From Squalus acanthias (taxonomy: Eukaryota), in contig CM059432.1 in NCBI GenBank assembly GCA_030390025.1, positions 113,338,001-113,402,000 on the forward strand: a stretch of DNA of 64,000 nucleotides, written 5' to 3'. The first letter of the stretch is position 1, and each line of letters starts with the position of its first letter. Shown one piece after another: positions 1 to 12,090 of this stretch. Made by a program: the position numbers and the translations under genes. A model generated the notes under the pieces. It was not told the DNA's origin. It did no database searches and worked only from the letters and a program-made list of their open reading frames with translations.

Positions 1-94
1 ACAGAAAACGCTGGAAAAACTCAGCAGGCCAGGCAGCATCCGTGGAGAGAGAAAGAGAGTTAACGTTTCAGGTCGATGACCTTTCGTCAGAACT
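1..94 (-). mobile_element. Penelope-like element terminal-repeat (pLTR) fragment
   Basis: Same motif (acagaaaa-gctggaaa-actcagcagg-caggcagcatc-ggagagagaaa-agagt) as the pLTRs next to GIY-YIG ORFs at 23520-26129 and 31687-32461. Confidence 0.8.
58..94 (-). ncRNA. Minimal type I hammerhead ribozyme motif
   Basis: Minus strand reads AGTT-CTGACGA-A-AGGTC-ATC-GACCT-GAAACGTT-AACT: stem I, CUGANGA core, stem II, GAAA, palindromic ACGU helix III, GUU triplet. Confidence 0.75.
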
Positions 95-1677
95 ACTCAT
101 TGATATTGCTCAAACAATTGTGATATACTCAGAGGCCCAGGGAGAGAGCTCGGCGCTATAGCGACCAGGTATTGGAGGCTCTGGTTGGCGCAGTTGAATG
201 GCAACGGGCAGTGCTCTTTCCAGAGTGGCAGGACGCCATTGTCCCGCGAGTTTAGAAGAGTCTGGAGGGAGGTGGCCCAGCATGTGTCATCGTGGAGCCG
301 GGTGCAAAAGACCTCACTCGGGTGGTCAGGGTGAATACCTGCTTTCCAATACCTCTACATCCCACCATCTCAACTTCACTCTGCCCAGATGGTGTAACTA
401 CCCAAATGCCCAACACTCATCCAACAACTATGGCCATCTCATAAAACTCACATGCACATCCCACACCTTGCACACATTAACGGCTATTCAGCTATGGTAG
501 ACACATCTGCCAAACACATGGCTGCACACTCACTCATATACTGTCCTTTTTCTTGCAGGTCAAGCTTTCACATAACCGCCGAGAGATCCAGCGGATGGGA
601 GGAGGACAGGCGGACCTACACCCCCTCACTGAATTGGAGGAGAGAGTCCACAGACTCATTGCCAGCCAGGTAGTAGGCGCCGTGGCCGGTGGAGAGGTCG
701 GCCCCCTTGGGGACAACAACAGTATGTTCATCAGCTTTCTCTCCTCTCTCATACCGCTTCCCCCTCACAACACCAGCCTTTTACACTTTTGATCCAACTA
801 GCTGTCTCCAGTCCTTGCTCCCTTCCTGCCCCCACGCTAAAGCCACTCTTGTACCTTCCTGCTTTCAGATAGTGAACCACCAGCTGAGCAGCCTGTCCCT
901 CAGCCTGCCAGTGGCAGCGACGCGGGAGAGGAGGAGGAAAGAGGAAGCCGGAGCCTCACCGCCTGCATCTTCTGAGGGTGACACTTCCGACACTAGGGCC
1001 ATGCGTTCACTGGAGGGGAGCAGGGGGTTTGCATCTGATTTGGGTGAAGCTCCGGGACCCAGCGGGCTGCAGAAACGCCATGGGGAAAGGAAAGCTCGGG
1101 GGCCATCTCCCGGAAGGTGAGGAAGTGCACAAGTTCTGCTGCACAGGACTCGGATGAGGACCTTGATATAGCGGCCATGAATACGCAGGCGATGAGCATG
1201 CACATTGAGCTCATGGGTGCAATGGCAAGGGTGCCCGACAGCATGGGTGCACTGGCTAGGAGTGTGGAGGAGTCCGCCACCAGCACAGCTGTCATCTGTG
1301 CGCAAACCCTTGAACACATCCTTGTCTCATTGCAGAGGATAGTTGAATTGCAGGGAGACTGTGGGGAACCAGAGCCTATGTCGCGGCTAATGGGTGAGGT
1401 GGCAGGATCTATTGCAGCACAGGCCAACGCAATGCATCGCAATAGCTTAGTGCTGCAATCGAGTCATTGGCTGGTGCCATCTAGTTTCAGACTGCTCTCA
1501 TGCAGTCTCAGATTGATGTCACGCAAGCGCTGACTGCTGCCATCCTCGCTGGGTCGCCCACAGTCCACCGGAGATCTCACGGTGCCGCAGCAGGCCAGCA
1601 ATCTGTGCTTGAGCAGATTGCTCCGGATGCTGAGGTACTGCCCCGGTGGAGTGGCAGTGTGTCGGTCGAGCAGGAAC

Positions 1678-1841
1678 ATAGCAACATAGAAAAATAGGAG
1701 CAGGAGTAGGCCATTCGGCCCTTCGAGCCTGCTCCGCCATTCAATATGATCATGGCTGATCCTCTATCTCAATACCGTATTCCAGCTCTCTCCCCATACC
1801 CCTTAATGCCTTTTGTGCCTAGAAATCTATCTATCTCCTTC
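1678..1841 (-). mobile_element. CR1 LINE 3' tail fragment
   Basis: Reverse complement of the CR1 3' end seen at 6540-6675. Confidence 0.8.
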
Positions 1842-2773
1842 AGTGACTTTTCCTCCAGGAAGGCGCTGTCCTCTCTCAGTGTTGTGAATGGCACAGTGTT
1901 CAGTGCCATTCACAACTCCTCAGATAATGAAGCAGTCCATGCCCACATGCAACAAGATCTGGACAACGTTCAGGCTTGGGCTGATAAGTGGCAGGTAACA
2001 TTTGCACCACACAAGTGCCAGGCAATGACTATCTCCAACAAGCGAGAGTCTAAACACCACCCATTGACATTCAATGGCATTACCATCGCCGAATCCCCCA
2101 CCATCAACATCCTGGAGGTCACCATTAACCAGAAACTTAACTGGACCAGCCACATAAACACTATGGCAACAAGAGCAGGTCAGAAGCTAGGTATTTTGCA
2201 GTGAGTGTCTCACCTCCTGACTCCCCGAAGCCTTTCTACCATCTACAAGGCACAAGTAAGGAGTGTGATGGAATACTCTCCACTTGCCTGGATGAGTGCA
2301 GCACCAACAACACTCAAGAAGCTCGGCACCATCCAGGACAAAGCAGCTAGCTTGATTGGCTCCCCCTCTACCACCTTAAACATTCACTCCCTCCACCACC
2401 GGCGTACCGTGGCTGCAGTATGTACCAGCTACAAGATGCACTGCAGCAACTCGCCAAGGCCTCTTTGGCAGCACCTCCCAAACCCGCAACCTCTTCCACA
2501 TAGAAGGACAAGGGCAGCAGACTCATGGGAACACCTCCACCTCTAAGTTACACGTCATCCTGACTTAGAAGTATATCGCCGATCCTTCATCGCCGCTGGG
2601 TCAAAATCCTGGAACTCCCTCCCTAACAGCACTGTGGGAGTACCTTCACCACACGGACTGCAGCGGATCAAGAAAGTGGCTCACCACCAACTTCTCAAGG
2701 GCAATTAGGGATGGGCAATAAATGCTGGCCTTGCCAGCAACGCCCACATCCCATAACAACGAATTTAAAAAAA
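1842..2773 (+). mobile_element. CR1-clade LINE, 5'-truncated (RT C-terminus and 3' UTR)
   Basis: QQDLDNVQAWADKWQVTFAPHKCQ and IYKAQVRSVMEYSPLAW; ends in an A-rich tail at ~2765-2773. Confidence 0.85.
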
Positions 2774-3241
2774 GGATGACAGCATTCCTGCTCCCACCAC
2801 TGCCACTTCGCCATTGCACTTGCCACAGCCTGTAACTCAGCCAGCCCAGACTGTTGCCGCCTATGCAGAGTTGGTGCAGTCTCCAGCCGGGCCCTCCAGG
2901 CCCAGAGCTGGTCGAGGGCGTCCTTCAAGGCCATCTGTAGTCTCTGGATCCAGCATTCAGCAGCCTTCCACCAGCCTTGCTGCAGCCACTGGGGCACATT
3001 ACGGAGGAGCAGTAGGGTGGGAAGGGGGGAAGTGCGCAGGGGATGGAGATGACCCTCGAAGGCCGAATAGTAAAAATGATGTAATAAATGGGGGGAATGT
3101 TTGTGGGAAAGTTTGATGTTCATCTTAATATATTTGTTCACTCTGTTGGCGCTTATCTCGATGTGGTAAGAATGGGTTTTGCTAGTTTATGAATTGTTGT
3201 GTTTGTTTCTAATTGTTTGTCCTGAATAAATAAGATAGAAT

Positions 3242-4134
3242 GGAGGATAAATTCAGTATCGCCCCGTTTGGGGCACAATTATCGGACGGGCACAAAGTTT
3301 AGCGCCTGGCGCTAATTATCGTCTCCGACTGCAAACTTGGCTTCTATCGCCCCTGGAGGTGATTGGAGCGCTAAATCAGGTGCTACACACCTCTCTTAAG
3401 GCACTAACGCCGAGCAGCAAGGCGCTAACTCAGAGCGCTGGCGAAGTTCATGTGATGTCAGTCAGCAATGGAACACAGACACACTGGCGCTGGCCAGTTC
3501 TTAAAGGGGCGGGTCAATCTTGCTCTCCATCCACAACCTGCTCATTGCAGCCTTGAATCTCGGCCTGGAGAGACCTGTACATCAAATCTGCTGGAAAGAA
3601 CAATGGAGAGGCCCAGGGAAAGAGCTCAGAGTGCAGCCCCCACAGTCTCTTCTAAATCGATGCAAGGAAGGTCAAATCAAAATGAATCTGCAAAGTGCTG
3701 TTCAGTACCCAAAACTCCTTCACACAGCGTTGAATCTCTCCAGAAGTCTGTCTCTCTCTCTCAGAATGCGTGGTGCAAAAATGTCGCTGACAAAAAAAGG
3801 CAGGAAGCGGTCGCCTTTAAATAGCGCTTCCCCAGTCTCTTCCCGATGGCAAAACCCTCCCCTCAACCTGTCGTTGCTACCAGGCAGGCGGTAAGGCAGG
3901 GAGCGCCACTCAATATCCGGTCCGGGGCGCTACCGGGGCGTTGCATGCTCAACTGACGTCACGATCTGCAGGCGCAGGAGATTGTGGCGGTAGTGTTTAG
4001 CACCGCTGCAAAATGTCTGGTCAATTTCGCGAGCAGCACAAACATCGCCGTGCCCGGGCGCTAGTTGCTTTGCGCCCCATTAGCGCCTTCTTAAGGCACT
4101 AACGGGAGGCGCAAAGCAATTTAATTTGTCCCCC
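3242..4134 (+). mobile_element. Harbinger-type MITE, family A copy 1
   Basis: TIR GGAGGATAAATT...AATTTGTCCCCC; AAT TSD (3239-3241, 4135-4137); closely similar copies at 34786-35656 and 43785-44674. Confidence 0.9.
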
Positions 4135-4278
4135 AATTTGTCATATAAATAAAAGTTTTTATTGGAACTTTACAACTTTGCTGATTTGACTCATTGGAGC
4201 TTTGCCCAGCAATAGGGTCTGTGGGATACTTGTAATGACGTGCTTGTTCATCCCAGAAGCCATCTTCTCTGTCATTCG

Positions 4279-4592
4279 TCAGAAGCGGTGTCTTATCAGG
4301 TGTTCACGGACGGCTCTTGTAGCGGCAACATTGTGCGCCTCCCTCCAACGTTGGTGCTGCTGATCCTCCTCTTCATCCTCCACCTCTCCCTCTTTCTCCT
4401 CCTTCGGTGGTCCACCAATCTCTGTTGGCAATGGTTGTGTCCTCATAATTGCGAGGTTGTGAAGCATGCAGCACACAATAATGAAAAGAGAGACTCGCTC
4501 GGGAGAGTACTGCAGGGCTCCTCAGAGTGGTCAAGACACCAGAAGCGTTGCTTCAAGACGACGATCGTTTGCTCAATGAGGTTCCTGGTGGC
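4279..4592 (-). pseudogene. Harbinger (HARBI1-like) DDE transposase C-terminal remnant
   Basis: ATRNLIEQTIVVLKQRFWCLDHS/GALQYSPERVSLFIIVCCMLHNLA, acidic tail, then RAVREHLIRHRF*; one frameshift near 4523. Confidence 0.85.
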
Positions 4593-4681
4593 GGTAGTGA
4601 CGCCAAGTCAATTTCGCGAGTGGCGCTAAAATCGCTGCGCTCAGGCGCTAAGTTGCGAGCGCCCAGTTAGTGCCTCCGGGT

Positions 4682-6797
4682 GTAAGCAGGCTCTGGGCCA
4701 ATGGCAGGGTAGGAGTCAGTGTATGTGGATTGGAGGAGGTGAGCAAGCTCTGGGCCAATGGTTGGGTAGGAGTCAGTGTGTGTGGATTGGAGGAGGTGAG
4801 CAGGCTCTGGGCCAATGGCCGGGTAGGAGTCAGTGTGTGTGGATTGGAGGAGGTGAGCAGGCTCTGGGCCAATGGTCGGGTAGGAGTCAGTGTGTGGATT
4901 GGAGGAGGTGAGCAGGCTCTGGGCCAATGGCAGGGTAGGTGTCAGTGTGTGTGGATTGGAGGAGGTGAGCAGGCTCTGGGCCACTGGCAGGGTAGGAGTC
5001 AGTGTGTGTGGATTGGAGGAGATGAGCAGGCTCTGGGCCAATGGCAGGGTAGGAGTCAGTGTGTGTGGATTGGAGGAGATTAGGGAAATTGACGGCATTA
5101 ATGGCCGATAAATCCCCAGGGCCTGATAATCTACATCCTAGGTACTTAAGGAAGTGGCCCTAGAATTCCAAAATTTTATAGACTCTGGAACAGTTCCCAT
5201 GGATTGGAGGGTAGCTAATGTTACCCCACTGTTCAAAAAAGGTGGTAAAGAAAAAATGAGAAATTATAGACCGGTAAGTCTGACATCGGTTGTGGGGAAA
5301 ATGCTAGAGTCCATTATAAAAGATGTAATAGCAGAGCACTTGGAAAACAGTGACAGGATTGGACAAAGTCAACATGGATTTACAAAAGGTAAATCGTGCT
5401 TGACTAATCTACTGGAATTTTTGGAGGATGTAACTGATAGAATAGATAAGGAAGAACCAGTGGATGTGGTGTATTTGGACTTCCAGAAGCCTTTCGATAA
5501 GGTCCCGCATAAGAGATTAGCGTGTAAAGTTAAGGCACATGGGATTGGGGGTAAGGTACTGACTTGGATAGAGAACTGGTTGGCAGACAGGAAGCAAAGA
5601 GTTGGAATAAACGGGTCTTTTTCCGAGTGGCAGGCAGTGACTAGTGGAGTTCCGCAGGGATCGGTCCTAGGACCCCAGCCATTCATTATATATATTAATG
5701 ATCTAGACGAGGGAACTAGATGTAATATCTCCAAGTTTGCAGATGACACAAAGCTGGGTGGGCGTGTGTGCTGCGAGGAGGATGCTGAGAAACTCCAGTA
5801 TGATTTGGACAGGTTGGGTGATTGGGCAGAAGCATGGCAGATGCAGTATAATGTGGATAAATGTGAGGTTATCCACTTTGGTGTCAAAAACAGAAAGGCA
5901 GATTATTATCTGAACGGCAATAGATTGGGAGAAGGGGAAGTGCAACGAGACCTGGGTGTCCTTGTGCACCAGTCGCTGAAGGTAAGCATGCAGGTAAAGC
6001 AGGCGGTTAAGAAGGCAAATGGTATGTTGGCCTTCGTAGCGAGAGGGTTTGAGTACAGGAACAAGGATGTCTTGCTGCAGCTGTACAGGGCCTTGGTGAG
6101 ACCACACCTTGAGTATTGTGTGCAGTTTTGGTCGCCTTATCTGAGAAAGGATGTTCTTGCCATGGAGGGTGTGCAGCGAAGATTCACCAGACTGATACCT
6201 GGGATGGCAGGAATGACGTATGAAGAGAGATTGGGTCGATTGGGCTTATACTCGCTGGAGTTTAGAAGAATGAGAGGAGATCTCATTGAAACTTATAAAA
6301 TTCTAACAGGGCTAGACAGACTGGATGCAGGAAGGATGTTCCCGATGGCGGGTGGGTCCAGAACAAGAGGTCACAGTCTAAAGATAAGGGGTAAGCCATT
6401 TAGGACAGAGATGAGGAGGAATTTCTTCACCCAGAGAGTGGTGAACCTGTGGAATTCTCTACCACAGAAGGCAGTTGAGGCCAAGTCAGTAAATATATTC
6501 AAGAAGGAGTTAGATATATTTCTTAAGGCTAAAGGTATCAAGGGATATGGGGAGAAGGCAGGGACAGGGTACTGTGGTTTGGATGATCAGCCATGATCTC
6601 ATCGAATGGCGGAGCAGGCTCGAGGGGCCGAATGGCCTACTCCTGCTTCTATCTTCTATGTTTCTATGTTTCTATATGAGATGAGCAGGCTCTGGGCCAA
6701 TGGCAGGGTAGGAGTCAGTGTGTGTGGATTGGAGGAGGTGAGCAGGCTCTGGGCCAATGGTCGGGTAGGAGTCAGTGTGTGTGGATTGCAGGAGGTG
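4682..6797 (+). repeat. 57-bp minisatellite array 1 (~7 + ~2 units, split by a CR1)
   Basis: Unit gagcaggctctgggccaatggcagggtaggagtcagtgtgtgtggattggaggaggt at ~4682-5080 and 6678-6797. Confidence 0.95.
5081..6677 (+). mobile_element. CR1 LINE, 5'-truncated (RT)
   Basis: 480-aa ORF with NYRPVSLTS, GVPQGSVLGP, KFADDTK; (TTTCTATG)n tail; GAGAT TSD (5076-5080, 6678-6682). Confidence 0.95.
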
Positions 6798-7319
6798 TTC
6801 GTGGCACACTTAGTACAAATAAAAATGAGAGGAACATTGGTAATGAGGGCAGACTGGATGGAGACTTGTGTAAAGACTTGCAGCATGTTGAATCTGTTGT
6901 GGAAATGCAGTGAGAAAAAGTTTGTGGCTGGGGAAGATTTCTCTGTAAGGTGGGAGCTTTTACTGTACATTTGAAGCAGTCAACTCAACAGCTGATTCAA
7001 TGGCCACTGAACTCCCGCCTCAGCTGGACAGACGTGGTGCACGACCAGCGTGGAGCTCGTGGGCCAGCTGACCAATGCAGAAGGTAAGCTGAAATTCATT
7101 CTTAAGTGGCTCTAAACAAGCCACTAATTACCTGAATTGGGTCCCCAGCTGTGAACCCGCCGCTGTGTGTTGGGTCTGCTCAGCGCTGACAGACCCGACA
7201 TCGGGGAAAGGCGCGTGGAGGCAGGTTCACAGCGGGGTCCCGACCCTTGGGGAAAAAAACACTTTCCCACCCAACCCGCCACCCATCATGCCCGCTGACC
7301 CTCCAGAAAATCCAGCCCA

Positions 7320-7815
7320 ATGGCTTTGTTCTTCCCAATATTTAGTTGGAGGAAATTTCTGCTCATCCAGTACTGGATGTCAAACTAGCGGTCTGATAAT
7401 TTAAAGCCAGTGGAGGGTGGAGAGAAGTGGTGGTGAGGTAGAGCTGGGTGTCATCAGCGTACATGTGGAAACTGACGCTGTGTTTTCAGAACATGTGGCT
7501 GAGGGGCAGCATGTAGATGAGAAATAGGAGGGGCCCAGGATAGATCCTTGGGGGACACCAGAGGTAATGATCCGGGAGTGGGAAGAGAAGCCATTGCAGG
7601 TGATTCTCTGGCTACGATTAGATAGACGCGAATGGAACCAGGCGAGTGCAGTCCCACCCAGTTGGACGACGGCGGAGGGGCGTTGGCAGGAGGATGGAGT
7701 GGTCAATTGTGTCATAGGCTGCAGACAGGTCGAGATGGACGAGGGGGGATAGTTTACCTTTCTCACAATCACATTGGATGTCATTTATGATTTTGCTAAG
7801 AGCGGTTTCAGTACG
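7320..7815 (-). mobile_element. L2 LINE RT fragment
   Basis: ALAWFHSRLSNRSQ...GVPQGSILGP and YADDTQLY; related to 57187-58740. Confidence 0.8.
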
Positions 7816-7824
7816 AGTGTCGGT

Positions 7825-8275
7825 GTCAGGGTGAGGGTGAGTGTGTGAGGGTGTGTGTGTGAGGGTGTGTGAGGGTGTGTGTGTGAGTGTGTGTGTGTGT
7901 GTGTGTGTTAGTGATGGTGAGGGTGAGGGTGTGTGTGTGAGTGTCTGAGGGTGTGTGTGTGTGTGTGTGAGGGTGTGTGTGTTAGTGATGGTGAGGGTGA
8001 GTGTGTGTGTGAGTGAGGGTGTGTGTGTGAGTGAGGGTGAGTGTGTGTGTGAGGGTGAGTGTGTGTGTGAGGATGAGTGTGTGTGTGAGGATGAGTGTGT
8101 GTGTGAGGGTGAGTGAGTGTGTGTGAGGATGAGTGTGTGTGTGAGGGTGAGGGTGAGTGTGTGTGAGGGTGAGTGTGTGTGTGAGGTTGAGGGTGAGTGT
8201 GTGTGAGGGTGAGTGTGTGTGTGAGGTTAAGGGTGAGTGTGTGAGTGTGAGTGTGAGTGTGTGAGTGTGTGTGTT
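7825..8275. repeat. (GT)n/(GTGAGG)n compound microsatellite
   Basis: Directly visible low-complexity tract. Confidence 0.95.
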
Positions 8276-8322
8276 TGCACTCTTCCAGTCACACAGCCGC
8301 GGAACCTGCACAGTTTAAAGAT

Positions 8323-8450
8323 CATGATGTGGAGATGCCGGCGTTGGACTGGGGTGGACAAAAATGAGAAGTCGCACAACACCAGGTTATAGTCCAACAG
8401 ATTTATTTAATTTTACAAGCTTTCGGAGCTGTTCGCTCCTTCCTCAGGTA
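8323..8450 (-). mobile_element. Penelope-like element short fragment (second family)
   Basis: Hammerhead motif followed on the minus strand by AATAAA and ctgttggactataacctggtgttgtg...catctccacatcatg; family assignment from recall of fish/shark PLE termini. Confidence 0.6.
8414..8450 (-). ncRNA. Minimal type I hammerhead ribozyme motif
   Basis: Minus strand reads TAC-CTGAGGA-A-GGAGC-GAACA-GCTCC-GAAAGCTT-GTA: intact core, 5-bp stem II, palindromic AGCU helix III, CUU triplet. Confidence 0.75.
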
Positions 8451-9475
8451 GGGTAGCAGTGAGAGAATCTCCCAGAATTCACAATATAAACACAGAAAAA
8501 TCTATTCAAATCTTTCCCTTTAAAGATCAACCAAGAGTTGCAACAACAGGATATCTATTTATTTATAATTCATGAATTTACATATTTACAAGGCATGTTG
8601 GAAAATTGATCTGTTTGATGCAAAGACGAGGAGGTGGAGGACAATCGGGGCCTGTGTGTTTAGGCTTCATTCTGACCCAACTGCAGCAGTTCCTGAGGCA
8701 GCTGTTCCACCAGGTGAGCCTCCGGGCGGATCGGACACATTCTGACTGCTGGAGAAGTAAAGTTGAAAAGGCCGCTGCACGTGCTCGGAGCTGCTCCTGT
8801 GGGTTGTGGAGGAAGGACTGGCAATCCATGGCGTAGGAAGTGATCCTGTTGGGGAAATCTTCAACCAACTGTCGTGAAAGGTCCCTTAGGAGTTCCATGT
8901 AGTTCCCCTTAGGCTCCCCTAGATAGTTCTTGATTAATGAGGAAGCCTCGGCCGATCCAATGAGGGGGACAACCAGTTGCAGTGTTGAACTGCAAGACCT
9001 GGTGACCTCCTCACTCTTTCCGTCCAGGTGCATCAACAAATGCACAAGATTGGAATGGATCAGCCAGTAGAAGTAGGATCTGGAACCTCCAATTCCACAT
9101 TTGGTTAAGTTCCCCAACATGCTGATCGCTTCAGCCCGCACTAAATCACACGCGGTGTCAAGGAGTGGTTGAATGCTGGTGAGGATTTTCTTTACAAAGG
9201 GTTGGATGGCGCTCCCTCTCAATTTAGTTATGTTCTTGGAGAGGCACGACAGCACCTCAAATGTCAGCACTTCCTCTTGGTTCTCCTTGGTCCCCAGCAG
9301 ACTCAGCATTGTGCCCATCACTTGATGAGACCAGCGATGGGCTCCAATTGTAATGTTGCCCAGGCCCCTGACACACAGCAACTGGGCAACTGGTCAAGCA
9401 TCATGCAAACACCTTAGCAATGTGCTCAACAGAGTGTCTGAGAGCTGCAGCTGTGAAACCAGTGGAGATTTTAAT

Positions 9476-11280
9476 CTTCTTCTTCTTAGGCAGTCCCTGG
9501 GAACCGAGGATGACTTGCTTCCACATTAAAAATGAGTTCCCCGGTGACTGATGAGTCCAATGCGGGACCTACAGTCTCTGTCACAGGTGGGGCAGACGGT
9601 GGTTGAAGGGGCGGGTGGGTGGGATGCTTGGGTTGACGTGTGCTCATTGTGCTGCCTGCGCTTGGCTTCCGCTTGCTCCCGGCGAAGAGACTCGAGGTGT
9701 TTGGCGCCGTCCCGGATGCTTCTCCTCCACTTTGTGCGGTCTTGGGCCAGGGATTCCCAAGTGTCAGTGGGGATGTTACATGTTTTCAAGGAGGCTTTGA
9801 GGGTGTCCTTGAAGCATTTCCTCTGCCCATCTGGGGCTCTCTTGCCGTGCCGGAGCTCCGAGTAGAGCGCTTGTTTTGGGAGTGTCGTATCGGGCATGCG
9901 GACAATGTGGCCTGTCCATCAGAGCTGATCGAGCGTGGTCAAAGCTTCGATGCTGGGGATGTTGGCCTGAGCGAGAACACTGATGTTGGTGCGCCAATCC
10001 TGCCAATGGATTTGCAGGGTCTTGCGGAGGTAGTGTTGGTGGTACCTCTCCAGTGCTTTGAGGTGCCTGCTGTACATGGTCCATGTCTCTGAGGCATACA
10101 GCAGGGCGGGTATCACTGCTGCTCTGTAGGCCATGAGCTTAGTGCCAGGTTTGAGGTCCTGGTCTTCAAACACTCTCTTCCTCAGGCGACCGAAGGCTGC
10201 ACTGGCACACTGAAGGCGGTGTTGGACTTCGTCATCGACGTCTGCCCTTGTTGACAGTAGGCTCCCGAGGTATGGAAAGTGGTCCACGTTGTCCAAGGCC
10301 TTGTCGTAGATTTTGATAATTAGGGGGCAGTACTGTGTGGCAGGGGCAGGTTGGTAGAGGACCTTTGTCTTACGGATGTTTAGTGTAAGGCCCATGCTCT
10401 CGTACGCTTCGGTGAAGGTGTTGACGATGGTTTGGAGTTCGACCTCCGAGTGACCGCAGACGCAAGCATCGTCTGCATACTGTAATTCGACGACAGAGGA
10501 TGGGACGACCTTGGATCTGGACTGGAGGCGACGGAGGTTGAACAGTTTCCCGTTTGTTCTGTAGATTAGCTCCACTCCAGTGGGGAGCTTACTGAGGGTG
10601 AGATGGAGCATTGCAGCAAGGAAGATCGAGAAGAGCGTTGGTGTGATGACACAGCCTTGCTTGACCCCGGTTCGTACGTGAATTGGGTCTGTGGTGGAAC
10701 CGTTGGTCAGGATTACAGCTTGCATGTCGTCGTGAAGCAGGCGGAGGATGGTGACAAACCTTTGAGGGCAGCCGAATTTGAGGAGGACACTCCATAATCC
10801 CTCACGGTTGACAGTGTCGAAGGCCTTTGTGAGATCAAAGAAGGCTATGTACAGCAGTTGGTGCTGTTCCCTGCATTTCTCTTGTAATTGACGTGCGGTG
10901 AAGATCATGTCCATTGTGCCCCTTAGTGGGCGGAATCCGCATTGCGACTCTGGGAGGAGCTCTTCGGCCACTGGGAGAAGGCAATTGAGGAGGATTCTTG
11001 CGATGACTTTCCCTGTGGCAGACAGCAGGGAAACTCCTCTGTAATTGCTTCAATCGGACTTGTCACCTTTCTTGAAGATGGTCACAATTATGGCGTCTCT
11101 GAGATCCCCTGGCATGCTCTCCTCCTTCCAGATAAGAGAAATGATTTCATGAATTCGCGCCAGTAGTGCTTCTCCGCCATGCTTTAGTGTCTCGGCGGGG
11201 ATTCCATCTGCTCCTGAGACCTTGTTGTTCTTCAGTTGTCGGATGGCCTTTTCAGCCTCATGCTGGGCTGGGGTTGTGCT
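9476..11280 (-). mobile_element. RTE-clade LINE, 5'-truncated
   Basis: LLPESQCGFRPLRGTMDMIF, GVKQGCV, LQYADD; C-terminal CPTCDRDCRSRIGLISH zinc finger; (GAA)n tail; 11-bp TSD GAGATTTTAAT (9465-9475, 11281-11291). Confidence 0.95.
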
Positions 11281-12090
11281 GAGATTTTAATAACTCTCCA
11301 AAGAAGGAAGCCACGGTGACTGCCTGACGCTCTTGGATGGTATGGATCTGTGCTGCCAGCTCTTCCACAATGCCAGGCAGGCTGATGCCAGCAAATCACA
11401 CCATTGCTCTGGCCAGCAAGACAACCCCCTTGTCAAATATGCGGAGGTTCTTCATCTGGTCCCATCCTCCACTGTTCACCATGTAAGTAGCTACTTCTGT
11501 ATTGTTTGTCCGAGCCAGCAGGTCCTTTAGTGTCCTCACACAGCTCACACACAGATCTCTACATTTAGGTGTTTCAAACGCAGCTGAGAATTGTCTCTGG
11601 TTGAATTTATCACCAGGAGCAAAACTATTGAGCAGAGAAACATGAATGGAAGAGTTGCAAAGAATGAGCAGGGCGCTGAATAACTGCGGGAATAATGCAG
11701 TCACCGCGTTTACCGACTCGGGCTTAGTGATCATCTGTCGCAGCCCACAGACGGCAGCCAGGGATTCAAGGGTTGAATACTCTGGCGCGTTCTCAATGAC
11801 GGGACAGGTTCTGCTCATCCCAAATGGCAACTGCTGTTTCCGTGTGTCCAGCAGCTCTCCCATTGTTCTCATGGCACATTCTGTGTCCTCAGCCAGTGAT
11901 CGCCACATGTCACTGACGTACTTGTCCAAAGGGACAGGTAGGTGAGGAGACAGGACACAACTGTTGCTGTGTTGTGAGGCCAGAATGGCTACACTACGCA
12001 GAACTGAAAGTTTCACCTGCTCGTAAGGAATTGATTGCAATTCAAGTCTCAGTGCATCAATTATCTCCGAGACCTGGTCCCCAAGTTCAT

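Larger units (their letters stand above)
131..3073 (+). pseudogene. Harbinger Myb/SANT-like DNA-binding protein gene (MSANTD/NAIF1-like), 3 exons, decayed and interrupted
   Basis: Exon 1 RPRERARRYSDQVLEALVGAVEWQRAVLFP; GT-AG intron 331-558; exon 2 VKLSHNRREIQRMGGGQADLHPLTELEERV; intron 722-868; exon 3 broken by LINE insertions at ~1678-2773 and resuming at ~2775. Confidence 0.7.
95..4681. mobile_element. Decayed PIF/Harbinger transposon (Myb gene +, transposase remnant -), with nested insertions
   Basis: Convergent Myb/SANT and HARBI1-like remnants; AATAAA/TTTATT signals between them (~3225, ~4148-4163); 4593-4680 resembles the subterminal region of the MITE at 3242-4134. Confidence 0.75.

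Noticed and set aside
7982..8311. His/Thr/Leu-rich ORF
   Set aside because: Translation of the GT microsatellite.
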